Positions 14,102 to 27,566 are shown, numbered from the stretch's first letter. The stretch: DNA of 64,000 nucleotides from Trichoplax adhaerens (GCF_000150275.1 NW_002060950.1:2875016-2939015), one strand, 5' to 3'. Notes: generated from the sequence alone by a model not told the origin. Numbers and translations: made by a program.

Positions 14102-15561
14102 AGCTGCAGCTCACATATAATTCAGAGATATGAGCATGGGTAGTTACTGTTACTAGAAGAAGAAAATAATACCTAAACGTATTTCAATACACAGTTACCA
14201 CGGCATCATTTACAACGCTCTACCGTGGTATAATCATGCAACATATTAATCTTGGTATTAAAATGTAGATACACTTTATTTAATGCTATAGTTTGTTAAG
14301 CACCGTTGTCATAATTTTAAATTATGAGGATCAAAGAGCTACTAAATTACACAATATCTAAGTCCCAAATTTACCCAATATGGTACATATCAGGAGATAG
14401 GCTAAACTATGGACCCTGTGGATGAAGATTTTGATATAATTACGGTACTTGTTCAGACTATTGCTCAGTAGTTATTGTCTAATCTTTTAAATATGTTGAT
14501 AATGCAGATATACTCACTACTAATTCCATGCAAAACTATGAGTTTTCAAATACGATCATAGAATTACTTATTATACAAAATTTAGCTAACTCTGTGTTAC
14601 TTTAAATAGAAATTTGCCAGAGGATTTTCATCTAGAGTTAAGCTAAACGTTGGTCATCTATGCTTTTTGCCTGTAGCTCATGTATAAGAAAAATAGAGCT
14701 ACTAATTATTGTATTGAACTATGAGTCCATAGAAATAGTGAAGCAACTGTTATATACTATTATTAAAATGTAGTCTGTGTATAAAAAAGGTGCTAATAAT
14801 TACTGTCTAGAATTATAAATCTATTGAAAATGTAGAAAGTATAAGATATTACGAAATTGCTCTTCATGGTTAAGGAAAATGGGTACTGCTCTAATTATTA
14901 TCTTGAACTGTAAATCTATGGATAATAAGTAGAAAATGTTCAATATTATTAAAGTTATAGCGTCTAGACATGCATATAGTTCATCATTTCCTAGGCGAAA
15001 TCTTAATATCTTCAGCATTTCAATATTAACTTTCTTCCACAAATAAAAATTATCAATCTTTGTTGTGTTCACAAGCTACATATTTATTGATGATTAATGG
15101 TAGGTTTAAACGCCACTGATATAACATACGATATGTACGCTAGTTTAAAGATCGCAAAGCATAATATCATACTAATAGCTTTTGCTAGATGTTTATCATC
15201 TCTAGCGAATGCTTACGCAAATATTAGTCGTTAAACATCACGTAGAGGAAATACAATATGGCTATTAGTATAATTTAATACAGCTACTTCATAGAGTTAT
15301 GATCGACTAGCATAAAGAAAGGAAATATAGGTTATGTGCTATCATCATCTTTAACAACCACTAATACTTAAGGCTACTAAACGTATGTGGCTTAAGAAGA
15401 GCCCCAGAGTCTAAATAACACGATGGAAATCAAATACTATTGAAATTATTTTGGGAATAGTGTCAGGATTAGTTAGTCTAGTTAGTTGTCCATCATGTTT
15501 CTGATATAAGTGAGCCAGAATTGAATCTAGCATAAGGGCCTATTGCTATATTATGTTTTAA

Positions 15562-16080
15562 TTACCCAGAATAACTTTGAAGCAATTTAGCTAGGGGAGC
15601 ATAGCGTTGTGGATCTGTACGCATTAAAAACGTCAAAATCTGGATGATTTTATCACAACCACAGTTTGATTGGAGCAATGGGGTACCAGGTCCTCTTGAT
15701 TCAAGCAATGGTGTGCCAGGTCCTCTTGATTCAAGTAATGGGGTACCAGGTCCTCTTGATTCAAGTAATGGGGTACCAGGTCCTCTGGATTCAAGCAATG
15801 GTGTACCAGGTCCTCTGGATTCAAGCAATGGTGTACCAGGTCCTCTAGATTCAAGCAATGGTGTGCCGGGTCCTCTAGATTCAAGTAATGGGGTACCAGG
15901 TCCTCTGGATTCAAGTAATGGAGTACCAGGTCCTCTGGATTCAAGTAATGGTGTACCAGGTCCTCTGGATTCAAGCAATGGCGTGCCAGGTCCTCTCGAT
16001 TCTAGAGCAAGGGGAACTGCAAATGCAAGGTCGTGGGAAACGAGCAAAGTAACCATCAACATACACAAGAGCTTGGCCAT
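15562..16080 (-). CDS. Secreted repeat peptide precursor, 172 aa: signal peptide, 10x GPGTPLLESR + 1x GPGTPLL, Cys-containing tail ending in Gly
   Basis: Signal peptide MAKLLCMLMVTLLVSHDLAFA (A-F-A cleavage motif), pro-piece VPLALESR, repeats invariant in protein with only synonymous DNA variation, and a unique C-terminus QSNCGC...LLQSYSG-stop. Confidence 0.85.
   Translation of the reverse strand: MAKLLCMLMVTLLVSHDLAFAVPLALESRGPGTPLLESRGPGTPLLESRGPGTPLLESRGPGTPLLESRGPGTPLLESRGPGTPLLESRGPGTPLLESRGPGTPLLESRGPGTPLLESRGPGTPLLESRGPGTPLLQSNCGCDKIIQILTFLMRTDPQRYAPLAKLLQSYSG
15673..15993 (-). repeat. Coding tandem repeat, 30-bp unit x ~10.7
   Basis: Plus-strand unit GATTCAAG(C/T)AATGGNGTRCCRGGTCCTCTN repeated head to tail. 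Confidence 0.95.
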
Positions 16081-19000
16081 TTTCTAGCTAGTTGTTATAA
16101 AATTGGGGAATACGAAAATTCTCAACTTCACTTAGTAAATTCTTAGTTTGCAACAAATGATGGATTTGCTGCAATTAGCTACCGGAGATGCGATTTAATG
16201 GCCAAAGGTTATGAATATGTCCCTTAAATAAGTTTCTTGAGGGGCTAATTGCGATTCTTTGGCTAATCATTACTAATTACATTAGAAATAAATTGAATTA
16301 AACATTAATATATCGTATTACCACATGCAGATATATTATTTACAGATGGTCTCTAAACGATGTAATAAGATCAGAAGTCCTATTGATCTTTTATTCCTTG
16401 TTCTGATAGTGCCATAAAATAACAAAAATAGCAGAGAGTACCTTTCAATGTATCGTAGACATATAGTCTTCTTTACAATATAGAGGATAATAAGCTATCT
16501 GAAATCTTACCATGTATACTGTATATTCAAGTTGGCAAATAGGATCACAAATAATATAATTATAATTTGACAGCAGTAGCATAGATCATCTCTACCTCCT
16601 TAAATATTGGATATTACACATCATTTTTATTTAAGCTAGACAAACTAGATTAATAAATTAAGGATGAATCTTAACATGGGATTCCTAGTGAGAATATTAC
16701 GTCAAAGTTGGCGTAAATCATAATGGCTCATTTTAGTAAACTCTATTAAGCGAGGTATAGATGCTACTATAGCTAGAATATTAACTATAATTAATATTTT
16801 AAAGCATATTTGTCAGAGGAGAAAATGTGCTGCTAATTATGTTAAATTACTTGTACAAGATATTTAAGCCAGATACCGCATAAAAGAATCTTTATCAAAT
16901 CAATTTTTTACAGATCTTCCATGTCTGATCGTTTAAGACAGTCGCGTCTGGCAAAAATTGCATTAACAAAGTTATGTTCCTGGTTGAAGGTGATGATTAT
17001 TACACCATGTGAAGAATATCGTTAATTTAGTTAGATAAAAATAGATTCTTATTATAGCAATATACGCATCAGATGGCAACTACTAATAAGGTCCAACATA
17101 TATTATTCTCAAAAATAGTTATCCCTTGAGTCTTGACTATAAGTCTATCGCAACATCCTGAACATACCTTGATATTGTTCATGTATGGCTACGTGATATT
17201 TTAATTTATGCCAAAACTGAGCATATTGATCGTTTAAGCTGTTTCTTGGTAAACAATTCGAAAGCTATATATAGAGCTTCGTCATTCTCTAGATTACTTA
17301 TGGACAGCAAATAAATTTACCTCCAGTGAAAAATAAAGGTTATGCTGATAATAGGAATGTTTGGATTGCAAGTTTGCGGATTAGTGCTTACGTAGGCATT
17401 TCCCGAAAAATAAAATTTCTTATAATCGTCATAGGTGTAATTATTGATAGAAATATCTACTTATTAAAATTTGATTTAAGCTACAATGCTGGTATGCAAA
17501 ATAAATTGATATTGGATATTTAATCATTGAGATAGGCTAATTATTCACTTTTTACTGGTAGAAGTGTACTTTATGTAGTATTTCATCTTCTTATTAATTA
17601 ATTCTATGAATAACATTAAAAGGCTAGCTAAGGTAATGTAGTGCCTATGAATTGCAATAGAGAATAGAAATTATTTGAATTAGATTGAGAAATAACCATG
17701 GTATTGGTAGACATTGGTGATGATCTCAATAACGATAGTTACTGCACTGTACTACTTACTGTATTACATAATTAGCTGATACATACTGTATATCAAGTGC
17801 CGCAATCTTTTGAGATATTTTAATCACCTCGAGACAAAAAATGGTCGATTTCGGCTCATGTTTAGTCAACGGTTATGAAACAGAATGATAATACCCCTAA
17901 ACGTAGATTTATGATGTTTATCAATTGTATTTGTGTCCAATAAACGTAATAATTGCGCTGATTAGAGAAATTTCTAAAATGTAGGAAATGGAAACAGTTT
18001 CGATTTGCAGATTAATATTTATTTTGGTATTTACTGAAAATTTTGAACATTCCCGATTGTTTAGGATAGGCATATGATCGCTTTCAAATATAATCTACGC
18101 TTAATAAACAGAAATGAATGTAAAATACGCGTAAATCATAGCTGACCATTTGATTTGTTCCTCCTTTTCCAGCAAAAGGCGTTTTTAAGCAGCATTTCAT
18201 TCTTGTATTAATACGGACGTTAAGGATTGCTGATATGAACTGGCTAGCTAAATAGAGACTTTAGGCTTTGGAATATATAGAGTACTGCAGCTTGAACTTA
18301 AGTGAGAAATAGCTATAGTACTGCTCAATAAAAAGTAATGGATGATCATTGAACAGTAATTAGTGCTTATAGGAGTCAAGACAGGAATTGAAGATATTAT
18401 ATACTATGGCGTTACTGCAGCTATTTTATGCATTCCATGACTATTTTGAAACGATTAGACTACATTTGCCCATGATAAATTTAGATCAAATCAGTATTAC
18501 ATTTAAGGATCAGTGATTTATTTTAGACCTAGATGGCTTCTCATTTAATCCAGATCACTAAATTACCAAGTATGATTATAAAAATAAACCGTAACTTTCT
18601 TATTTCAATATTTATTTCGGCTCTAATGGTATGTTTTATGGGCTCCATCTCATGATTTTCGTTACTACAACATTTGTCACACACCGATACTTACCAATTG
18701 CATCAAACCATTTAATTTCGTTTGCAGTTACCTGTAGCTGAGCAGTGGGAATTGAATTTTAAAATGAAATTAGATGACTGTTCGAATAAACTAAATTTAT
18801 TATACTGCATCCTGTCAAGCAGGTCGTCCACTGTATTGCACAATCATCTTATCTCCATAATTAATCGTACCTTCTAAAATAAAACTGCTCCAGAATAAGT
18901 ATTATAAAAGTTTTCTAGCATTACTACTATACGCGTATATGAAGTTTGCATACTGGCAAAAGGTATGCTGCGGTGCAATAGCCTACATAATATAGTGCTT

Positions 19001-19272
19001 CATTTTACACTACTATAACATGCTTTTATCACACCCAACTACTGTAGTTGTGTCCCAGCCATATGATAATTATTAACTGTTGAATAGAAAGTAACTATTT
19101 ATTGTATGCAGTAGTTTTAATGTCTGATATTAACAAACGAGCTGTCAATGAATTTTAGTTACACAATCAACTATAAACATGACCAACGCCAACGTTGTTG
19201 AAGCCTCGAAATGTTATATTCTAGTAATTATGAAATAATAATCGCAATAATTTTATTATATGAATAATGTAA

Positions 19273-19352
19273 TACAATCATTATAATAAACTGACAATCA
19301 TTATAAAAGATTGACAATCATTATAAAGAGATTGACAATCATTATGAACGAT
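19273..19352. repeat. Minisatellite, ~20-bp unit with core ACAATCATTAT x4
   Basis: Read directly; lies just downstream of the RRM-Tudor stop codon (probable 3' UTR). Confidence 0.7.
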
Positions 19353-19470
19353 TGTATTACAATATGCATCAGAGAACCTGTGTATGAAAAATTAGAAAAA
19401 AACAATAATTTACAGTTATTATGCTATTAATATAAAAGGTATTATAATAATTAAGAATAAAGATTAACAT

Positions 19471-22400
19471 TTATTTCTTTACGTAAGAACTATAATGCCT
19501 TAAGGCAGCTAGACTGTCTTGTAATGGATTTAAGTCACCATCTGTGTCTTTGGTATCATTAATTCGCTTTGCATATCCTCGCATTATCAACGTGTTTTCG
19601 ATTTTGATAAGCGATGATTCTTTGGTGACTTGTAACTGAACATCATACGTACCGTCGTTAGATATCGAAATAAATCTGGCTTTTAAGTTTCCTAAAGTAA
19701 CTAAATTCCGAAAGGAGGAGATTGATTCCGTATTCCATTCGCCGTCTTGCAGCGTTCCTATACATTTATGAAGGCTACATTGCATGGCTAACGGAGGTAC
19801 AGGATCGGATTCATTATAATTTGCTCCAATATCTGCAAGACTAATACAATCAGTGGTACCATAGTCAATATTGAGCACAGCTGCTTGCTTATTTGGAAGA
19901 AGTCTCATGATAAGACCACGATACCACCCACTACTTTGGGTGCCAATAAAGTATATCTTTCCAACAGAAATACCTTTGTGCCCAACTGTTTGCATAGCCA
20001 CCTTCATGTTTTCTAGATAATGTTTATTCATTTGTCCAGTTTCATCACAACAATGCAACCAAAATAATCCTGGATTGATAATATTAGTAACTTCCACTTT
20101 AATTAGATTCTCAGAAGATAGTAGATTAGCTTGATTTATAGGTAATAATGATTCTTTTATCATTCTGTGGAAGCTATGGATCTTACAAAGAAATCTATGA
20201 GAATCCCAGTTTAACTTACACAGATTTTTCTCAACTAATATTCGATTAATATTAGTTAAGCCATTCTCATTATTAACAAATAAATCAATATGATAGTTGT
20301 ATTCATCTCGTAAAATTATTTTTGCTTTTAATAAGACGTTTACATTTAAAACTAATCCTTTAAACCAATCAACTATATCAGGGACCCAGCTTTCACAATT
20401 ATCTGGATTGGTAATTCCATATAACGTGCAAGGATAGATGGAAGCATAGGATTGTGCAACTGATTTGAACAAGGGTTTAATTTCGTTCAAATCAATAGTT
20501 TGCACAATCCCTTCATCAACACAGTGTATTTCAGCATTCTCGTTACCAATAGTATCAATTATTACGCGACGCCAATGTTCGGCAAAAAATGCACTATAAG
20601 CTTTGCCACATGATAGCTCATTGATATTAACAGACCTGACGTTCTTGCTGTATCTTTTGTCCATAAGATCTCTTATGTCACTATATTGTTGTATTTCACG
20701 ATCAGGTTCCAACGATTTGACTAGAAAATAGTTTGGGTTTACAACATCGGTAATAGCTATGTCTATTGTTGCACTGACTACTAGTTCCTCATAACTTAAT
20801 GAATCAATACATTCGTTATCGGTATCTGTACTTGCCTCTTCGAGATTATTGTTACGATTACTTAATATAGGTACATTGGTAGATGCAGTATTTTGACCTC
20901 GAGTTGAGATATTATGGTCCTCCGTTTCTATAATATTTTTGTCCATTGATGGAACAGTTTCTTTCAAGTTAGGGTGTCCAGATGCTGCTGATAGTGAGCT
21001 CTGGGTATTGCTCAACTGTTCACTTGTTGAGCGAATAGATTGTAATTGATTATCCGTAATATCCAATTGTAGCATTGTAAACTCTTTTACTTTGTCTTTA
21101 GCCATTAATATGTTGCGAAGAAATTCCGAATTTTCAACGTTGAGAAAGGCATAACGACTTCTACTCACTTGCTCATTTAAACTTTCTTGTAAATTATCAG
21201 GTAAAAAGATAATAACTTCAATTTGATTGCTAAATTTTTCATCAATAACAACGGCATATAAATGCGAGGCTGTATCGAGAAGTGCAGCAAGATGTCTTTT
21301 GCCTTCGATTCTTGCACTACCATCTAATGTATCTGTTCCGTAAAGCTTAAATGGATAAGGACCAGATTGTGTGTAATGTAAATATTCAGGCAGTTTATAG
21401 AGAGAATTTAGGTTTACATTCTGGATACTACCACCAGAATCTATGAAAGCTACAGTAGTGACAGTATCCAACGCTAGCACACGTACTCTATGCAGTTTGT
21501 TTGTAACCACGCCATATATTCGACCTACTTTAACTTCGTTACTATTTATTTTTACCCAACATTTCGATGGGTATATAGAACCGACAATATCACCCAGCTT
21601 GAAAGCCTCAGAACTAATTTTTCCCCAAAAGGAACATCCGTCATTACACCAGGTAGCAGCTAGTGGAAGTACCATGCTATCTTTATTCGAGCTATTAATT
21701 GTGGGATAATTAAAGTCGTTATATGATAGATTGTCGTGAACATGAGGATCAACACTTTTATTGTTATTTCCAGTTGTAGCTCTGGATAAGGCAATTTTCT
21801 TTTTGGGAGAATGCCTTGCTTTATTACTAGGCGCTTCATCATTCGAAAACAACGAATTGTTAGTATCTGACGTTTGGTGTGCATCGACAGTGCTTCTTTC
21901 CATACTTCGGTGTTTACTGGATGTTTTACGGTGATCGATCTTTCGTACATCAGATGTTGAAGATTCGTAGCTACTAGAATCTGGATATCCATCGTTGATA
22001 CTAGATGAACGCAAGCTTCTTGTTATACTATCAGTAATATCTTCAGAGGTCAATTTGCCGTCAATTTGACTATCAACTTGCTTTGCATCCTTATTTAAAG
22101 GAGTATTATTTAAGTCACGCCTTGCATCGATAGATTTGCCTGCAATATAAATTTATAAGATAGCAAGATTTAGCATAAGAATTGCCGAATGCAGTTCAAG
22201 TATCACAATTTAAATCACAACTTACTAGATGCATTAATTAACACAGACGATCGCCAAGAGGTATTGTTTCTGGTATTTGTGTCACTTTCCATTTCATCTA
22301 CTTGTACATTATTTGTAAAATTTTTTGCAGAACTGTTAGATAGGCTCATTTCTGAAGCAAATCTGCTTAAAAATTTCTCAAATACACGATGTAATTTTTC

Positions 22401-25400
22401 CAAGCGTTTATTTTTTTCTGTTTCAGATCTCGTTGACCATGAACAACTTGTAAATAGAACGTTTGATGGCATTAAATTAGCAGCATGATAGCTGGCGAGA
22501 CCATCAATTTCGCTTGAAAATTTGATAAATCTAAGAAAATTGTACACGAAAAAATTTAGAATAGCTTAGAACTTGTCTTACGTATTATGTTTTATGTCGA
22601 AATGAATGAAGTTGGGCATTACAAAGTTATCTTTCCATCATCCTGCTGATCTTTCTGTTCTGACCATTCGTTGATTACAAGGCCAACTTTATCAATAGCG
22701 ACCAATAACACTTGCTATGATGTCCAAATATCATGAGAATAGTGATGTAAATTAAGTGAGATTAATTCAAGCTTACATCACAATGACAAGTGATAATAAT
22801 CTCATTCAATTTATAGTCACTATAGACATTTCATAACGGATATCGTCACATAATGATAACTACCTTAGAAATTATGGTATTAGAGTAACAAAATTGAATT
22901 TCACAGTCGTTCTTGACAGAAGCTTGACCAAATTTTCTGTGAGCTAATACTCTACGTCTTAAACATTCAAAGGATATATTGCCAAAAATTAAAACACTGA
23001 TAATTCAACAATTCGAGTATAAATGATAACCATATTTCTATCATGATCATTATAATATAATTATCGGCATTTACATTTTCTTTAAATTTTTTTGGAAATC
23101 TGTCGTTGTCATCAGTATTTTGTAAGGATGATTGAAAGCAAGTTTAAAATCAATCATCCACTCCTTTAGGGCGTCCTTTTGAGATTGTGGGCTAATCAAG
23201 TCTAAAGTAACGTCTAGTTTTTGACCTTCAAGCTTGTAACGATTCATCGCAGCTATAGCTGCAAAGGTAGATTCATCTGATACATATACAAGTGTCCTAG
23301 TTGAACAAAAATAACTCTCTTAGTTGTCCTGTATAGTACGGCAGATTGCATTAACAAAATCATTATTGTTTCTGATAACAAAATTTTCACAAACATGTGC
23401 CAGTTGCCCTTTCGAGAGTATTCACGACCACCAAGAATTTTAATTTTTCCAAAATTTTCAAATATTTCTTTAATTCTTTCCTAATTAAGTTATTTGATAT
23501 GAATAATAACATTAGGGATGTTATACGTATGAAGCATTACAAATCTTGGCAATTCATCCATATACAGGCTTAATGAAGTACTGCCAATTACATATTCTAC
23601 CTGATCCACGGAACGTGGTATTCTTGAAATGCAGATTACTCTGGTATTGGTAGAGGCTTTCAGGTCTTTATCTAGCGTTTGAGATTTCCTACGTAATAAC
23701 GACATAGATATATATACACGATCATTACTGAATTTTCACGCCGAGAGTATAATGTAGATTATAGGTAAAGCACGGAACAATCTTTCCATTGCTAGCTGTA
23801 ATTTTGTAGTACAACTTTATTATAATTGATGGTAAATATTGATATACTTTTTTAAAATGGTAAATAATTCCTGAAAGACATTTTTGTTTTTTTCCGATAT
23901 TTCATTTCGTAGTTGATATTCAGCAAATGCTTTCTTCAGATACAAAGTTCTTTTCCTTTTATCAATAAATTGTACATCTATCGTTTTATCGTTAATTTTA
24001 TGATTGGATAATATTTGAGTAATTTTGAATGCTTCTTCTTCGGATTCAAAAGTAATCAATCTGAAATAGGCAACAACCAGTTATATTATGAACGACTGTA
24101 ATACAGATTTAAATTAATCTTTAAATTTAAAACAAAACTATCGCTATGCCACTAACAAACTAGGTAGCTACATGCACGATGATATAAATATAAACGATAA
24201 TCAGTTATAGAAAATACCAAATTATAGCTTCTAAGTGATACATACCCGATTCTTCCAAAAGATGGATATTTAGCTGATTCAAATTTAGTATCAAACTTTG
24301 TAGTAGTTATTTTTTCCAATTGATCAGAGAATTGTTTCTGTTACGATAGGATGAGAAGGTAGAGTTGCCAAATACAATTAAATGTCAAGATGCCTTAATT
24401 TCAATCATTTTGGCTATAGAATTTTATCCATCAAACCTTAAAATGATACTTACTTTGGTAATTTCGTTAGGAAGATAGCGTATTCTTATCGTTACTTTGC
24501 ATAAGTTGTATTCTTTGAATGCTGTAGAACTATCTGAATCATGATTTGAAGTAGTGTCAACGGAATAAATACTTTTTTCTGTATCAGTATCCGTCATTTC
24601 TGAGTTCATATCCGTTCCTGTATGGTCTGGATTGAAAGCTCTTTCTATTTGCAGCATGAATTTTTCTGCAGTATCTTGTGTATTAGCGAAGGTACTCAGT
24701 TTATACATTGTTTCCAGTATGGACATGTCATGAATTTGAGCATTGGAAATGGAAAACTTTGTAGACATCTCGTCATCTATTACCATTTCACTGATTTTAT
24801 CCAAGGCACGTTTGCACCGAAAAGCGTCATCTCTCAGCTTGAAAGATACACGACTAACGAAAGAGTAAGAATAATATCATTAATAGCGAATTCTTTCACA
24901 GTATTGATCAGACATTGGACTTGTGTGCATTAGGATAATAAAGGGCAAGTCATTGCATATCTCTTTCACTACGGCCACGACTACTCCTAAATTAGCCCAA
25001 TGCCAGCTTAGTGTTTATGCTGTAGATGTTATAGCAGGAGCTATACTATCAGACTACAATTAAAGCTATTTTTACCCAAAGAAGACGTGTGTCTACGACA
25101 ATAGTTATTGCAGTAAAATGATGGCATAAACCGTTACTACAGAAAAGAACTTGTGATTGCATGTAAATAAGGACAATGCTGTAGACTCGGTCTTACAAAT
25201 AGACATTAAATAATTTTGGTAAAGTGATTGGAAGGCAAAGCGTGCCGCCGCCTATTACTATTCAGCGATCATTACTTTAAATCATGTCGTCATGGATGAC
25301 AGCTAAATAAGGCATTTATTTGGCAGTAAGAAGAATACCAGCAGTATGCATAACACTTACACAGTTGGTGTTCGCGAGTAATTGATAATAGGGCCATCCA

Positions 25401-25658
25401 CGATAAGGCCAAATTGAGGTAAAAATTCAGTCAAGCTATTCTGAAATATAAAACAACATAAATTAAAATTCTTGATTGTTGAGGTGGCTAACCAAGCAAG
25501 TGATTGATAACTTGTTCATAATATCAAGTAAGTAATTAATCAACGAATTGTACAACTTGGCAATATGTAGGTCCATTTACCATAAAGTGATGGCTTGGCA
25601 TTTTTTCAAATTGGATAGTAATTTCGACAGGGTTCTGTTGTATTTGCCCAGCAAACAT
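19471..25658 (-). CDS. Multi-exon RRM + Tudor domain protein (about 3 RRM-like and 3 extended Tudor domains)
   Basis: Phase-consistent exons 25658-25581, 25440-25361, 24853-24454, then exons at ~24337-24246, 24060-23848, ~23728-23601 and further small exons, and a large last exon ~22139-19471. RRM pieces: LTEFLPQFG...VRVSF; IRIRYLPNEITK...GLITFESEEEA; ICISRIP...IKEIFENFG...AIAAMNRYKLEG. Tudor pieces: LHRVRV...FIDSG; HWRRVII...CVDEG; GWYRGLI...NIDYG...PPLAMQCSL. Middle exon boundaries are approximate. Confidence 0.8.
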
Positions 25659-26179
25659 AGTAGCAAAATTGGCTCTATTCGTCATTCGGCAGAATGTAGT
25701 CAATTATACACATAGAAAGTTATTGGGATCGAATCGCTACCAATATAATCGATATTCACAATATCTATCATACTAGGCTGACTTAAAATGGCATAAATAT
25801 GTTAATATCGTGAATAAACTGGCTGCAATACGAAATCCTTTTGCCTAGATGAAGATGATCATGTTGCTGTAGGAATGAGCGTAACAATTACAACATTCAT
25901 TTATACTGTGCATGGTACAGTCATGGATTACTAAATACTCGTGGGAGTATTTAGTAGTCCTCAACTATATCTGTCTACTTAATCTAAATATGGCTATTGA
26001 TGTATGATCTACAATTGAATGCAGCAATAAAATCAGATTTATATTTCTGAATTCAAAGGGATATCATGTGGGTCCAATGTTGATATTTAAGAGTGTATTT
26101 TGAAGTGTAAACGAATAAATCCACACTTATCATCGAATTGGTGATCCATAACGTTCATTCTGATCATCATCGCTTACCT

Positions 26180-27100
26180 TGGTTTGGACATGTTTGATTT
26201 GACGAAGAGATTCCGTTAGTCCAATCTCTTTCAATCAATTTAAGCAGGTAAATGGCCAAGGTGTCTACTTGCTAAAACAATAACCTACACGTAGAATGCA
26301 AATTCAGCAGTCAATCAGTAATAATTCGATATCATCATGGTGAGATCAATCAATCGATAGACTATTGCGTTAACAGAAGTTGATCTATCAAGAGTATTGT
26401 ATGACTGCATGGCGTTTTTAATGCAACAATATCCTGATAAAGATGTTCAAGGGACCAAGGGGAAGTTCTTTTTTGAATGGCTTTTCACAAAATTGAAATT
26501 GTTTGGATGACTTAAGATATTTTTTGTTCAAGGTAAACTGTTTGTACGAATCGCGGATGACAAACGATGAAAACTACAACGTTAATGGATTCAGTATTTG
26601 AATCGATAATTCTCAAGCGTCAATTCTTTTTACAAATTGCTTTCTTCATTATCAACCTTTGGTGCAATGATATTTTTTATAGCCAACAACAAGGTCAAAT
26701 AAGATCCGATACAGTGATGGCCGACCGATCTATTTTCACCATGTCTAATCAAATTACACTTATGCTAACGTCTTCTACCTAATTTACAATTTAAAAAGGA
26801 TTGCATCGACAGGCATGGCGCCTGCCGTCTCTTACTACCTCTGTTGACGCTTGCTACTACTAAGTCTGTTGCTACTATATCGTCATGTTGTATGCCGTTG
26901 TAAATGATATTGGGTACATAAGAATTGGCAATGGATTGCAGAGGTGGATGTCCAATGAAGCCATCTCTGGACAAGACAACGTCAATGATGATGGAATAAC
27001 TACAAGGCTTACCATTGAATCAATGTTTACAAATCGTTCTTCTTCCCTGTATGCCAGTCTATAGCGTGATATCATCCAGGCAATAGTTAGTCTTTACAAG
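26180..27100 (-). pseudogene. Decayed animal haem peroxidase-like remnant (C-terminal part)
   Basis: Frameshifted fragments resemble peroxidase motifs: DLVVASVNRG (cf. DLAALNIQRGRDHG), LYRILFDLVVG and DDIELL (cf. DDIDLFVG), PFTCL (cf. PTFACL). Many stop codons. Confidence 0.35.
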
Positions 27101-27293
27101 GTTAGATGAATCATTGTAGGCTAGGTTGTAGCATGCTGCCAATCATGAAAACAAACAACATGCAATTCAAGATGTTGGTGACATAAGAACAAGAGGCAAA
27201 AAACGCTTCGTATGCCTAAAATGCCAAAATTTAAAAAATGAGCTATTCTAGTACCATGTTCAAATTAACACATGCCCCAAGGGCTGTACTGAA

Positions 27294-27566
27294 TCTAATT
27301 TGGATCGATTTGAAGCGATCGATTGCTCTACAAGCAGGCAATCGGCAATAGTAAAAGTAAGAAAGAAAATGAGTCCAGGGTTTTTCCTAGTCTAATTTGG
27401 ATCAATTGGAAGCGATCGATTGCTCCACAAGCAGCCAATCGGCAATAGTAAAAGTAGAAAATGAGTCCAGGGTTTTTCCTAGTCTAATTTGGATCAATTG
27501 GAAGTGATCGATTGCTCAACAAGCAGCCAATCGGCAATAGTAAAAGTAAAATAGAAAATAAGTCAG
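27294..27566. repeat. Tandem repeat, ~95-bp unit x3
   Basis: Units start TCTAATTTGGATC at 27294, 27391 and 27483; each contains GATCGATTGCTC and CAATCGGCAATAGTAAAAGT. Confidence 0.9.

Noticed and set aside
10777-15993. The two tandem arrays as CRISPR-like arrays
   Set aside because: Units are head to tail, in frame and lack unique spacers; the context is eukaryotic with no cas genes.
15644-16087. Plus-strand ORF of SSNGVPGPLD repeats (collagen-like, also with only synonymous variation)
   Set aside because: This antisense frame shares third codon positions with the minus-strand gene, so silent variation is expected. It has no signal peptide and no continuous Gly-X-Y.
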